This document shows, piece by piece, positions 10,234 through 19,263 of a stretch of DNA of 32,000 bases. Source of the stretch: Raphidiopsis brookii D9 (GTDB taxonomy: Bacteria > Cyanobacteriota > Cyanobacteriia > Cyanobacteriales > Nostocaceae); the NCBI GenBank assembly GCA_000175855.1, contig ACYB01000046.1:180001-212000 (forward strand), written 5' to 3'. Both the position numbers and the translations under genes were made by a program. Under the pieces are notes generated by a model. It was not told where the DNA came from and ran no database searches. It was given only the letters and a program-made list of their open reading frames with translations. The stretch's first letter is position 1. Each line of letters opens with the position of its first letter.

Positions 10234-11286
10234 ATGATGATAAGTCAATTAAATAATGGTTTTACTCTATTTCTAAGTCTGCTGGTCGAGGCAATGCCTT
10301 TTTTGCTTTTAGGTGTTTTATTTTCTAGCTTGTTGTTGTTTTTCGTTGAAGAGCGCAAACTTGTGAATATAATGCCTAAAAATCCCCTCCTGGGAGCTTT
10401 GTTTGGCAGCATGATTGGCTTTTTGTTTCCAGTTTGCGAGTGTGGTAATGTACCAGTGGCTAGAAGATTATTAATGCAGGGATTGCCTACGTCCGTTGCT
10501 ATTGGTTTTTTGCTAGCAGCACCAACTATTAACCCAATTGTGATTTGGGCAACGTGGACTGCATTTAGGGATCAACCAGAAATAGTAGTTTTAAGAGTGG
10601 TTTTATCTTTATTAATCGCTACTATTATCGGCTTTGTATTCAGCTTCCAAAAAGATATTACTCCTTACCTGCAACCCCAGATCGCCCGCTATTTGAAATT
10701 TAACCCCCCAGCACAGACAGAACCAAAAACCCGGGGAAGACAATTACAAGAACAGGTGATAACCCCCAGTACCCTTTTACAATCGGGAACCTATATCCTC
10801 GGTGGTAAAGCAGGTATATCCACCAGATTAAGTGGAAATTCTTCTCAAACAGTTGCAAAAACACCGAATAAAACTTTGATGGTGAAACTGGGTCTGGTTT
10901 TAGATAATGCTATCCAGGAACTCCGAGAATTGGGAGCTATAATGGTCTTAGGTAGTGCCATGGCAGCTGCTATTCAAGTATTAGCTCCCCGGGATGTGAT
11001 CCTCAGTTTGGGTGCGGGGCCAATTAGTTCAATTCTTACCATGTTGTTACTAGCTACAGTGGTATCAATTTGTTCCACAGTTGACTCCTTCTTTGCCCTC
11101 TCCTTCGCTTCAACTTTTACCAGTGGATCTTTGTTAGCCTTTCTTGTGTTCGGTCCAATGATTGACATTAAAGGTGTGGGGTTAATGTTATCTGTTTTCA
11201 AACCAAAAGCTCTCTTTTATTTATTTGCTTTAGCGGGCCAATTAACACTTCTATCTACACTGTTTTTAAATCTCCACATCATGTAG
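10234..11286 (+). CDS. DUF318-type permease (putative two-component membrane permease, large subunit)
   Basis: The 350-aa polytopic membrane ORF carries the vicinal-cysteine motif FPVCECGNVP (C68, C70; nt 10435-10443), characteristic of the DUF318/ArsP-like permease family. A TIGR03943/DUF1980-type partner gene follows it. Confidence 0.8.
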   Translation: MMISQLNNGFTLFLSLLVEAMPFLLLGVLFSSLLLFFVEERKLVNIMPKNPLLGALFGSMIGFLFPVCECGNVPVARRLLMQGLPTSVAIGFLLAAPTINPIVIWATWTAFRDQPEIVVLRVVLSLLIATIIGFVFSFQKDITPYLQPQIARYLKFNPPAQTEPKTRGRQLQEQVITPSTLLQSGTYILGGKAGISTRLSGNSSQTVAKTPNKTLMVKLGLVLDNAIQELRELGAIMVLGSAMAAAIQVLAPRDVILSLGAGPISSILTMLLLATVVSICSTVDSFFALSFASTFTSGSLLAFLVFGPMIDIKGVGLMLSVFKPKALFYLFALAGQLTLLSTLFLNLHIM

Positions 11287-11312
11287 CTTCAATGCCGTGA
11301 CTTTACTTGTCT

Positions 11313-12089
11313 ATGACTTCACTACGAAATGCTAAATCTCTAATCCCTAATCATTTACTTCCTTGGCTAGAGGTAGTAGCTATTGCTGCTTGGGGAGTGC
11401 TAATCTTGAAGTACTGGCTAACTGATAAACTGAATCTATTAATTCACCCCGATTTCTTTTGGTTAGTCATCCTAGCTGCTATTGTTTTACTGTCCATGGG
11501 TTTTTGTAAAAGTTTACAACTTTGGCACAAAACCCCTCCCGATCAAATCACCAGTAGTGAACAACATATTAATGTGTTTCCCCCTGGATGGAGTAGCAGC
11601 TTGCTATTAGTTGCTGCGATTTTAGGATTTATTATTAGTCCTCAAGTCTTTGCTTCCCAAACAGCACTGAATCGAGAAGTTACCGAAATACTAGGAGCAA
11701 CACGGACTCAACCTCAGGCCTTTCGTGCTAATATCCGTCCGGAAGAGCGAACTCTAATAGATTGGGTAAGAATACTCAATGTCTATCCAGAACCGGACGC
11801 TTATACTGGACAGAAGGTCAAAGTCCAAGGGTTTGTGATTCACTCTGAGGAGCTCAATCTGAACCATCTGATACTAGCTAGGTTTGTGATTACTTGTTGT
11901 GCTGCGGACGTTTATCCCGCTGGATTACCTGTCCAACTCCCCACTACTCGCGACCAATATCCCCCAGATACCTGGTTAGAAGTGGAAGGACAAATGATCA
12001 CGGAAAATATTGCCAGTAAACGCCGACTCACTATTAAGGCTAATTCTATCCGCAAAATTCCCCAGCCCAAAAATCCTTATAGTTATTAG
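11313..12089 (+). CDS. TIGR03943/DUF1980 family protein (small subunit partner of the DUF318 permease)
   Basis: It has N-terminal TM helices and a C-terminal domain with the conserved ITCCAAD motif (C197/C198 in ORF-track numbering; nt 11895-11900). The ORF track starts at TTG 11307. I prefer the ATG at 11313, two codons downstream. Confidence 0.7.
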   Translation: MTSLRNAKSLIPNHLLPWLEVVAIAAWGVLILKYWLTDKLNLLIHPDFFWLVILAAIVLLSMGFCKSLQLWHKTPPDQITSSEQHINVFPPGWSSSLLLVAAILGFIISPQVFASQTALNREVTEILGATRTQPQAFRANIRPEERTLIDWVRILNVYPEPDAYTGQKVKVQGFVIHSEELNLNHLILARFVITCCAADVYPAGLPVQLPTTRDQYPPDTWLEVEGQMITENIASKRRLTIKANSIRKIPQPKNPYSY

Positions 12090-12158
12090 ACCTATTGGGT
12101 GACTAGAACATGTGAATTAAACTGAGATTTGTTCAGGAATTATTTTCCGTTTCTACCA

Positions 12159-13664
12159 ATGACCAAAATCCATAAATATATTTTGTCTGTTTCACAACTA
12201 GATCGTGCGGCGATCGCCCTGATCTTAGTGTTGGGTTTGCTGATTGGAATAACTATCTTTAAAGGAGATGGTGTAAAACCGAATGTGCGCAATTTTAGTT
12301 GGCAAGATCGACAAATTGGTGCGGAAGATAGGGCATTTAGCCTGGTCTTTAGCCGTCCCATGGACGCTAAAAGTGTGGAGGATAATTTGCAAATCAACCC
12401 ACCACTAGCTGGCAAAATCAGTTGGGCGGGGAGAAGGATGGTTTACACACTATTAACACCAGCTCCCTACGGCACAAATTATCAAGTTTCGTTAACTAAA
12501 GCCAAGGATAAGTTTTCTCGCAGTAAAGATAATAATAGACTAATCAAAGCCTTTACAGGAAAGTTTTCTACTCGAAATCGTGCATTAGTTTATATTGGTG
12601 TAAGTCCCCAGGAATATGGTAGATTGGTGCTTTATAACTTAACCAAAGAGGAGAAAACAATACTTACCCCTAGGGATTTAATTGTTATGGACTTTGAGCC
12701 ATTTCCTCTGGGGGATAAAATTCTGTTTTCCGCTCGTGCAAGTAATAATCCAGATTTGCTATCGGCCCAAATTTACACGGTGACCACAGGGGTAGGTAAC
12801 GGACAAGAAGAAAAATCAGTAGGTAAACTGGGTTTAATATTGGACAATCAGGAATTTCAAAACCTCAAGTTTGATTTGTCCCCCGATGGAGGGACTCTTG
12901 TGGTTCAAAGAGGTAAAAAAGATAATCCTGGGGATTTTGGACTATGGTATTCATCCCTAGATGACCTAGGTTCTAATGGACAACTAATCCTAAAACGCTT
13001 AGAAGGGCAACCAGCAGGTGATTTTGTCATCACACCGGATAGCAAAGCGGTAGCAGTTGCTCAAGGGCAAGGAACTGCAATTTTATCCCTAGCAGGAGAT
13101 ACAAGTAAACCATTGGACTTTTTACCTCAGTTTGGTTTGGTACAAGCCTTCTCTAAGGATGGTTCCCAAGCTGCTATGGTAAAATTTAATAGCGATTACA
13201 CTAGGGATTTATTCTTGGTTACCAATCAGGGGGTTCAGAAACCATTACTAAAAACTTCGGGATCCATACTTTACTGCAGTTTTGATCCTTCCTCACCCAC
13301 TCTCTACTGCTTATTAACTAGTTTAGTATCACAAGATAAATATGTGGAACAACCTTATCTGATGGCTATCAATCTGGATACAAAAAAGTACAAACCAATT
13401 TTAATGTTACCCGTAGGACAAAGAAATGTACAAATGAGCCTAGCTCCCGATGGTTTAGCAGTTTTGTTTGACCAAATTGTACCCGTAAGCAATAACTCCC
13501 TTTCCTTACCACCTAGTATCTTGAAAACTGATGATGGAGAGGCGATCGCCAAAAGTAGTCTATGGTTTATGCCACTGCTACCGATTGCTGAAGATCAAGC
13601 CAAGTCTATGATTAAACCGGAAGCGCTTCCTATAGACGGGTTTAACCCAGTATGGCTGCCATAA
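12159..13664 (+). CDS. secreted/anchored protein with an SbsA-type Ig-like domain and a TolB-like beta-propeller region
   Basis: An N-terminal hydrophobic anchor (AAIALILVLGLLIGITIF) is followed by FSLVFSRPMDAKSVEDNLQINPPLAGKISWAGRRMVY, which resembles a Big_5/SbsA_Ig pattern. Repeated LSPDG/LAPDG-type blade motifs come after it. I chose the ATG at 12159 over the TTG at 12129. Confidence 0.55.
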   Translation: MTKIHKYILSVSQLDRAAIALILVLGLLIGITIFKGDGVKPNVRNFSWQDRQIGAEDRAFSLVFSRPMDAKSVEDNLQINPPLAGKISWAGRRMVYTLLTPAPYGTNYQVSLTKAKDKFSRSKDNNRLIKAFTGKFSTRNRALVYIGVSPQEYGRLVLYNLTKEEKTILTPRDLIVMDFEPFPLGDKILFSARASNNPDLLSAQIYTVTTGVGNGQEEKSVGKLGLILDNQEFQNLKFDLSPDGGTLVVQRGKKDNPGDFGLWYSSLDDLGSNGQLILKRLEGQPAGDFVITPDSKAVAVAQGQGTAILSLAGDTSKPLDFLPQFGLVQAFSKDGSQAAMVKFNSDYTRDLFLVTNQGVQKPLLKTSGSILYCSFDPSSPTLYCLLTSLVSQDKYVEQPYLMAINLDTKKYKPILMLPVGQRNVQMSLAPDGLAVLFDQIVPVSNNSLSLPPSILKTDDGEAIAKSSLWFMPLLPIAEDQAKSMIKPEALPIDGFNPVWLP

Positions 13665-13705
13665 ACTTTATGTTATTTCACAATTATACTAAAGAGAAAC
13701 AAATC

Positions 13706-14828
13706 ATGGTAGATTCAGAAATACAACAGTTAGTAAACTTAAATCAAGAACTAAAAAATAGTTAACAATGATTTATGTCGGAAATTGGAGAAATTAAGCA
13801 AGGAATTAGGCGAAGCGGAAAAAATTCTACAGTGGCAAAAAAAACGCTCCAGCGTCAGCGAATCCATGTTAAATCAGCAGAATCAGGAGCTAACAGCTGC
13901 TCAAGAGCAGATTCAGTCTCTTTCCCAGCAATTGGAAACTGCTTTGCGGAATATGGAAAGTCAGGAGATGTTTATTGAAACCCATAAAGCAGAATCACAA
14001 CTAAATCAACAAAGAATCGCCCAACTAGAAAGAGAATGTACCCTCCTACAAACTAAATGTAGTGAACAATCTCAACAGTTACTACAGTCAGAAAATACCT
14101 GTCGTGAATTAGGTACACGACTTTTAAGACAACAGCGTCAAACCCTACAGTTTAAAGCTGCTTTAGAAAAGTGTTTGGATAATCCTGCTTCTAATGATCA
14201 AGGAGTAGATGATAATGGTTGTTATCTACCAGATATCAATCCTGAGGATAGTAGATTTTATAAAAAACTCCAGTCTTTATTTTCACGTGGGGAACCCATT
14301 AGACCTTGGTCAGCGATGGACTATGTGGAGTCAGAATTTAACCAACCCCTTAATGAAAACACAGAAAACATAATGGATGTCTCCGAGGAGATTTCCCATG
14401 TAGATCAGAGATTGGAAGATATTCTGTCAGTATTTTTTGCTTCTAATCCTGACTTGTCAAGTACATCAGATATGTCACCAACCATATCCACCAATGAGAC
14501 CAGCATGAAAGGTGCGGGTACATCTTTTCTGGGTGGGGAGGAAGATGAACCTAGACCAACCATAATTCCAGAAGGTCTAAAAGATATGAATAATTTACCC
14601 GAACTGAACTTGTTATCTGATAATACCATAAACACTAGTGACCAACAAAATAATTACGATCTACAATGGTCAATTAATACTGTGGAACCTTTAGAGCAAG
14701 ATTCAGAACAGAAATCACCTTCACCTTTGATTTACCCCGGTCGAACGGTGAAAGTGAGAAAAACTTTAGCAGCAGTAGATCTCCCAAATTTCCCACCGCA
14801 ATCTCAAAATCAAGATGGTGGTCGTTAA
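13706..14828 (+). pseudogene. coiled-coil (Gln-rich) protein with an acidic low-complexity C-terminus; the N-terminal 19 codons are apparently separated by a frameshift
   Basis: ORF 13785..14828 starts at a TTG. An ATG-initiated mini-ORF (13706..13765, MVDSEIQQLVNLNQELKNS*) lies just upstream in the -1 frame. Removing one A from the A6 run 13753-13758 joins them as MVDSEIQQLVNLNQELKIVNNDLCRKLEKLSKELGEAEK..., preserving coiled-coil character. I recognise no family. Confidence 0.5.
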
Positions 14829-16850
14829 TTAACTCTTCTTAACACGCCTACCAATGGTAATGGCATAATTAATTTCCAGTAATTGTAGCCAAAGTGTGGG
14901 ATAATTGGGTTCCAACCAGGACTGATTCCATTGGAGGAATGGGGAGAACCAGGTTCCCAGCAAAGCGCTTACCAGAGCATGAACACCAAAATTGAAATAA
15001 TTACCTAACCATTTAACTAGATCCTGAAAACCCGCCATTTGCCAAATCCAAATCAACAAAGCAGGATTTTTGCTAGCAGCTTTTATCGCTAGACGATTAA
15101 AGGTTAACCAGTCACAGCGGTCCTTAATAAAATTGTCCACTACCTGTAAAGGTTCATCCACCAGCAAGCCAAAGAAGGTATTGAGCATAGCATTTACCCT
15201 TTGGGGAGGAATAAATTTCCCCGTGGGAACCATCATTCCCTTAGAGAATAACCAAGTTACAGAAACGTTACTTTGGTAGGCACGAATTCCGTTGAGATGT
15301 GTAAAACTCAGTAAGTCGTGTTTTAAGGCCGTGTTCAACAGAGTCGTCAAACGCTCCAGGTTGCGAACCAAAGAACCGAAACCAGTAAATACCAAAGGAG
15401 ATTGTAAAGAAGCGGAATCACCAATGGCAATTATTCGGTTAAAAGCCACCTTACGATCTTTACTACTGGTACTAAAATGCCCGGGTATATAACCAAAAGT
15501 AGCCTTTTTCCAAACCAGCTTATCCAGGTCACAACGGCGATATTCTGGCAAAATTGCGAAAAAGTCCTCATACATTTCCAAAAGGGAACCGGGATTTTCA
15601 CCGTTTACCTGATGATAGTGAAATAGATAAATTGTCAGTTCTTCCCCCTTTCCTGGAAACAACTCCCAAATTAACTGTCTCCCCCTAGAAATATCCCCAT
15701 GGCTATACAAAACATCCCCATACTGGGAATCCCACACCCCAGGAGCGAATCCCTTCTCTATAATAGCACCCACTGTGGGACACACACTATCAAAAGCTCT
15801 ACCACCATTTAATTGCCAAGCTATAGGAGAAGCAGTACCCATAGCATCTATGAGTAACCTACCCCCAACTAGTTTCTCCTTTCCCGTAGTTATACTCTTG
15901 ACAGTTACACTAACTTGTGAAGTAGTTATATCTGCTCGCACAAATTCCGTTTCATCCCAAATATCACCACCAGCATCTCGCAGTTTTTGCCCACATAGGG
16001 TTAATAACGTCTCAGCATCCAGAGCTACATTGAGAACTGTAGGTGTGTGTAATATAGGTGCTTGCAAGTCAGATGGATTATTCGCATCAAAAAATTTATT
16101 AAAACCATCTTTATACTCTCTAGCAATAATAGTTTCTACTTCTTCATTTGTAATTAAGTTTAAATTTATTAAACTTTGAATTTCATCGCGAGAAATATTC
16201 CATTCCCTATTCATTCTGCCAAAAGGTAATCTTTCAATCAGTAGCACCTTATAACCCAATCTGGCCATAACTGCAGCATGGATTGAACCCAAAGCGCCAC
16301 CGATATAGATTAGGTCATAGATTAGGCCAGATGAGTTTTCTGGTGGGGTTGTTTGGTGTTCAAAAACTACTTGACGCGGTTGCTGAGGACTTTTGACACC
16401 TTCGCGCCAACGTTGCTCCCACCAGTAAACACGTTTAAGATCGTATTCCCCATTGGGAATTTTCTGAAAATACTTGACAGTTAGAGGATAATAGGGTTCT
16501 AATTCTGTAAAAATTGACCTTTGGGGGTCAATCTTTGGGGGATCGGGGTATTGATGGGGAAAGCGACTCCGAATACCCATAGTTAAACGTCGTAAAACTA
16601 AACCTTCTCTTCTAAACGGTTTATCTCCCCAACGAAATACCTTCAAGTATGTTGTTCGCTGTACAGACCAAACAAAAATCGAGATTTCCGTAGATAGATG
16701 TTTTTCAACAGACAAACCCTCATTAACTACGCGAACCCCTTGTGGAGTTAGTAATTTTTCTCCATCTCCCGGAACAAACTCTGTTTGTAGCCAGTCCCGG
16801 ACAGCACCACTATCGCTGGTGGGAATTTCTAAGTAAAGAAGCTCTTTCAT
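14829..16850 (-). CDS. CruA/CruP-family FAD-dependent oxidoreductase (lycopene-cyclase-like)
   Basis: The 673-aa ORF has a Rossmann dinucleotide motif YDLIYIGGALGSIHAAVMARLGYKVLLIER at about residue 188. It is preceded by an N-terminal extension of about 185 aa and ends in hydrophobic helices. I recognise the overall pattern as the cyanobacterial CruA/CruP family from memory, without a search. Confidence 0.6.
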   Translation of the reverse strand: MKELLYLEIPTSDSGAVRDWLQTEFVPGDGEKLLTPQGVRVVNEGLSVEKHLSTEISIFVWSVQRTTYLKVFRWGDKPFRREGLVLRRLTMGIRSRFPHQYPDPPKIDPQRSIFTELEPYYPLTVKYFQKIPNGEYDLKRVYWWEQRWREGVKSPQQPRQVVFEHQTTPPENSSGLIYDLIYIGGALGSIHAAVMARLGYKVLLIERLPFGRMNREWNISRDEIQSLINLNLITNEEVETIIAREYKDGFNKFFDANNPSDLQAPILHTPTVLNVALDAETLLTLCGQKLRDAGGDIWDETEFVRADITTSQVSVTVKSITTGKEKLVGGRLLIDAMGTASPIAWQLNGGRAFDSVCPTVGAIIEKGFAPGVWDSQYGDVLYSHGDISRGRQLIWELFPGKGEELTIYLFHYHQVNGENPGSLLEMYEDFFAILPEYRRCDLDKLVWKKATFGYIPGHFSTSSKDRKVAFNRIIAIGDSASLQSPLVFTGFGSLVRNLERLTTLLNTALKHDLLSFTHLNGIRAYQSNVSVTWLFSKGMMVPTGKFIPPQRVNAMLNTFFGLLVDEPLQVVDNFIKDRCDWLTFNRLAIKAASKNPALLIWIWQMAGFQDLVKWLGNYFNFGVHALVSALLGTWFSPFLQWNQSWLEPNYPTLWLQLLEINYAITIGRRVKKS

Positions 16851-16937
16851 TTTCTAGTGATATCTCCCAATGTTTTTGTGATGTTGTTGTAAACGTACCC
16901 AAACTTACCTAAAAAATTTATCCTAATAATTCGCACC

Positions 16938-17171
16938 ATGAATTATCCTATCCCACAGAGTCCTCAAGAGATCGTCGCCCTGCGACAACAACCGGTTGAT
17001 GAAGAGTTAGTAGCCGCCGCCATTGCAGGATTAGTCCAGTTAGGTCGCGCCCAAGGCCAGTCACTGGAAGAATTAACTGCTCAAGTGCTGGAAGAGGATC
17101 CCCTATTAGACCGCCAACAAAGAAGATGGCTGAGCCAGTTGGTAGCGCAGGCATGGGAAATTTTCTCATAA
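16938..17171 (+). CDS. small acidic helical hypothetical protein (77 aa)
   Basis: The ATG-initiated ORF (MNYPIPQSPQEIVALRQQPVDEELVAAAIAGLVQLGRAQGQSLEELTAQVLEEDP...) has protein-like composition. The opposite-strand ORF 16948..17184 looks like a by-product of local G+C richness. Confidence 0.45.
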   Translation: MNYPIPQSPQEIVALRQQPVDEELVAAAIAGLVQLGRAQGQSLEELTAQVLEEDPLLDRQQRRWLSQLVAQAWEIFS

Positions 17172-17180
17172 ATCTTCCCC

Positions 17181-18197
17181 TCATCTCCTGTACTCATCAC
17201 CACAGTCCCCTATCACCTGATATAAATCTCGTGATTGTTGGGAAACCCCATTGATGATTTTGATATCTTCATGATCCAACTCAAACTCAAAAACCCGCTG
17301 ATTATCTACTATATGTTCGCTAATTCCCAGCCTTGCACCTACAATTACACCTGCTACTGCTGGCTGTTTTAGAACATAATTGATAGCTACATTAGCAATA
17401 CTGGCTCGATGCTTATCTGCTATTTGTTTGAGAGTAGCAAGTAGGGATTGAAACAATTGCCATCCACCCCAAGCATCAATCATATTCTTGTACTTTTTCA
17501 AACTAATGGTATTTAAATCAAAACCTCGAGGTTCTCGTTGTCCCAAATATTTTTCGGATAAAAAACCACCGCAAACAGTACCATAGGTGAATAGCTTAAT
17601 ATTGTGTCCTTCACAAAATTTAATCATATTTACTTCTGGTCTTCTATCAACCAGAGAATATTGCACTTGATTGGAAACAATTCTTATGCCAGCTTGGGTG
17701 ATGATTTGTAAGTGTTCCGTATCGAAGTTAGTCAAAGCTAAGTGTTTAATTTTGCCCTGAGCTTGTAACTCTGCCATATATTTTAGGGCATTTAAATAGT
17801 TAGGATTGCCATATTCCCACCAATGAAACTGCATTAGGTCCAAACATGGCACATCCATCCTTTTCAAGGAAATGTTAATATTTTCTTCAACGATAGATTT
17901 AGTCATATTTACAGGACGAGGAACCCATTTAGTGAAGGTTTGAATATTATTAGCTGCCAACCCTCCACGCTGTGCTATTAACTGGCGACGGAACTCCCCG
18001 ATTAAATCCTCTGCTGGTCCATAATGATCTGCCAGATCCCAGGTGGTAAAACCAGCATCAACATATTTGAACATAGAATTTAAGGCATTTTTTGGCACAA
18101 TGCGTCCATGTCCACCAGAAACCTGCCACATTCCATTTAAAATGCGGCAAATTCGTAAATCAGGAGTAAGTTGTAAATAGCTTTTTATAGGTAGCAT
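17181..18197 (-). CDS. aldo/keto reductase family oxidoreductase
   Basis: The 338-aa ORF contains GMWQVSGGHG...DAGFTTWDLADHYGPAEDLIG...ALTNFD...NQVQYSL, the AKR catalytic and structural motifs. Confidence 0.85.
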   Translation of the reverse strand: MLPIKSYLQLTPDLRICRILNGMWQVSGGHGRIVPKNALNSMFKYVDAGFTTWDLADHYGPAEDLIGEFRRQLIAQRGGLAANNIQTFTKWVPRPVNMTKSIVEENINISLKRMDVPCLDLMQFHWWEYGNPNYLNALKYMAELQAQGKIKHLALTNFDTEHLQIITQAGIRIVSNQVQYSLVDRRPEVNMIKFCEGHNIKLFTYGTVCGGFLSEKYLGQREPRGFDLNTISLKKYKNMIDAWGGWQLFQSLLATLKQIADKHRASIANVAINYVLKQPAVAGVIVGARLGISEHIVDNQRVFEFELDHEDIKIINGVSQQSRDLYQVIGDCGDEYRR

Positions 18198-18355
18198 AGT
18201 AGTTTATTTTAATGGATTTAAAAAAAAATGGGTTATATCAACAGACCATAAAAACATTGAGAATCTAGCAAAATAATTGTGGACTAACCATTACATATTA
18301 GGTGAATATATCTAATATATCTTAGATATTGAATGGATGAGATATTTCATAACTT

Positions 18356-18871
18356 ATGTTACACTGTCTTACAGTATGTTATTTACTGTTGAGTATTTTA
18401 CTTGTTAGCTGCTCTGCTCCGAGTTCAGGCCAACTAGATACCACCTTAAATGCTCAGTTACCCCAGTCAAACACTAAAGGTCAATATTTGCCAGTTTCCG
18501 CGCGAATGACCATTGGCAATGGCAAAAAAATTGATTTGGAAGTTGCAAAAACACCAGAACAGCTGATGATGGGGTTAATGTATCGTCCAGCTTTACCAGA
18601 TAACCGGGGTATGTTGTTTGTATTTTCTTCACCCCAACCAGTGGGATTTTGGATGAAAAATGTACCAGTGTCATTAGACATGGTATTTATTAACAGAGGA
18701 GTGGTTAAATATATCAAGACTGCCCCCCCCTGCGAAAATGAACCCTGTCCTACCTACGGTCCAAGAGTGCTAATAGACCAAGTGGTTGAATTAAGAGCTG
18801 AACGGGCCAGGGAATTGGGCCTCAAAATAGGAGACAGGGTGAAAATTGAGGTATTCAAATCGCTCAGGTGA
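18356..18871 (+). CDS. DUF192 domain lipoprotein
   Basis: It has a signal peptide with lipobox LLVSC, then QLMMGLMYRPALPDNRGMLFVF...FWMKNVPVSLDMVFI, the typical DUF192 core. Confidence 0.75.
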   Translation: MLHCLTVCYLLLSILLVSCSAPSSGQLDTTLNAQLPQSNTKGQYLPVSARMTIGNGKKIDLEVAKTPEQLMMGLMYRPALPDNRGMLFVFSSPQPVGFWMKNVPVSLDMVFINRGVVKYIKTAPPCENEPCPTYGPRVLIDQVVELRAERARELGLKIGDRVKIEVFKSLR

Positions 18872-18954
18872 CACATTAAATACTGTCTTTAGGTAACTAA
18901 GAAAAAAGAAACGATATAAGACAACATACTTTACCCCGAGGAGGTGAAATACAA

Positions 18955-19146
18955 ATGTTCCAATCGAGATACACCCGTCTGCTAAATTTCCTGCAGGAAG
19001 ATTTAGCAATTTCAGCAGCTTCCCTAGCTGTTGCTTTACGTCATACTGAACAAGACACTGGGTCACTAACCATGATCCTATGGCAGTATGGACTAATAAA
19101 TTTAGATCAGTTAGAGCAGATCTATGACTGGTTAGAAACTGTCTAA
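18955..19146 (+). CDS. DUF2949 family small protein
   Basis: The 63-aa ORF follows a strong Shine-Dalgarno sequence GAGGAGG about 8 nt upstream. The C-terminal motif LTMILWQYGLINLDQLEQIYDWLE matches the cyanobacterial DUF2949 pattern as I recall it. Confidence 0.65.
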   Translation: MFQSRYTRLLNFLQEDLAISAASLAVALRHTEQDTGSLTMILWQYGLINLDQLEQIYDWLETV

Positions 19147-19263
19147 ATTCCAATCAGGTGTAGTTAAATACATTCATACATTTTTTAGGAATTAAACATG
19201 CCTTTTGATATACTCCCCGACCTGAGGGAATATTGGTAGTGGACCTCAAATTTCACTTTTCAT

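Noticed and set aside
13775-13978. 67-aa plus-strand ORF in an alternative frame at the start of the coiled-coil gene
   Set aside because: It overlaps the much longer coiled-coil frame. Its basic Arg/Ser-rich translation looks like an off-frame reading of a Gln/Glu-rich gene.
15070-16179. Plus-strand ORFs 15070..15279, 15292..15492 and 15775..16179
   Set aside because: They are antisense shadows inside the CruA/CruP-like CDS, with no independent start or RBS support.
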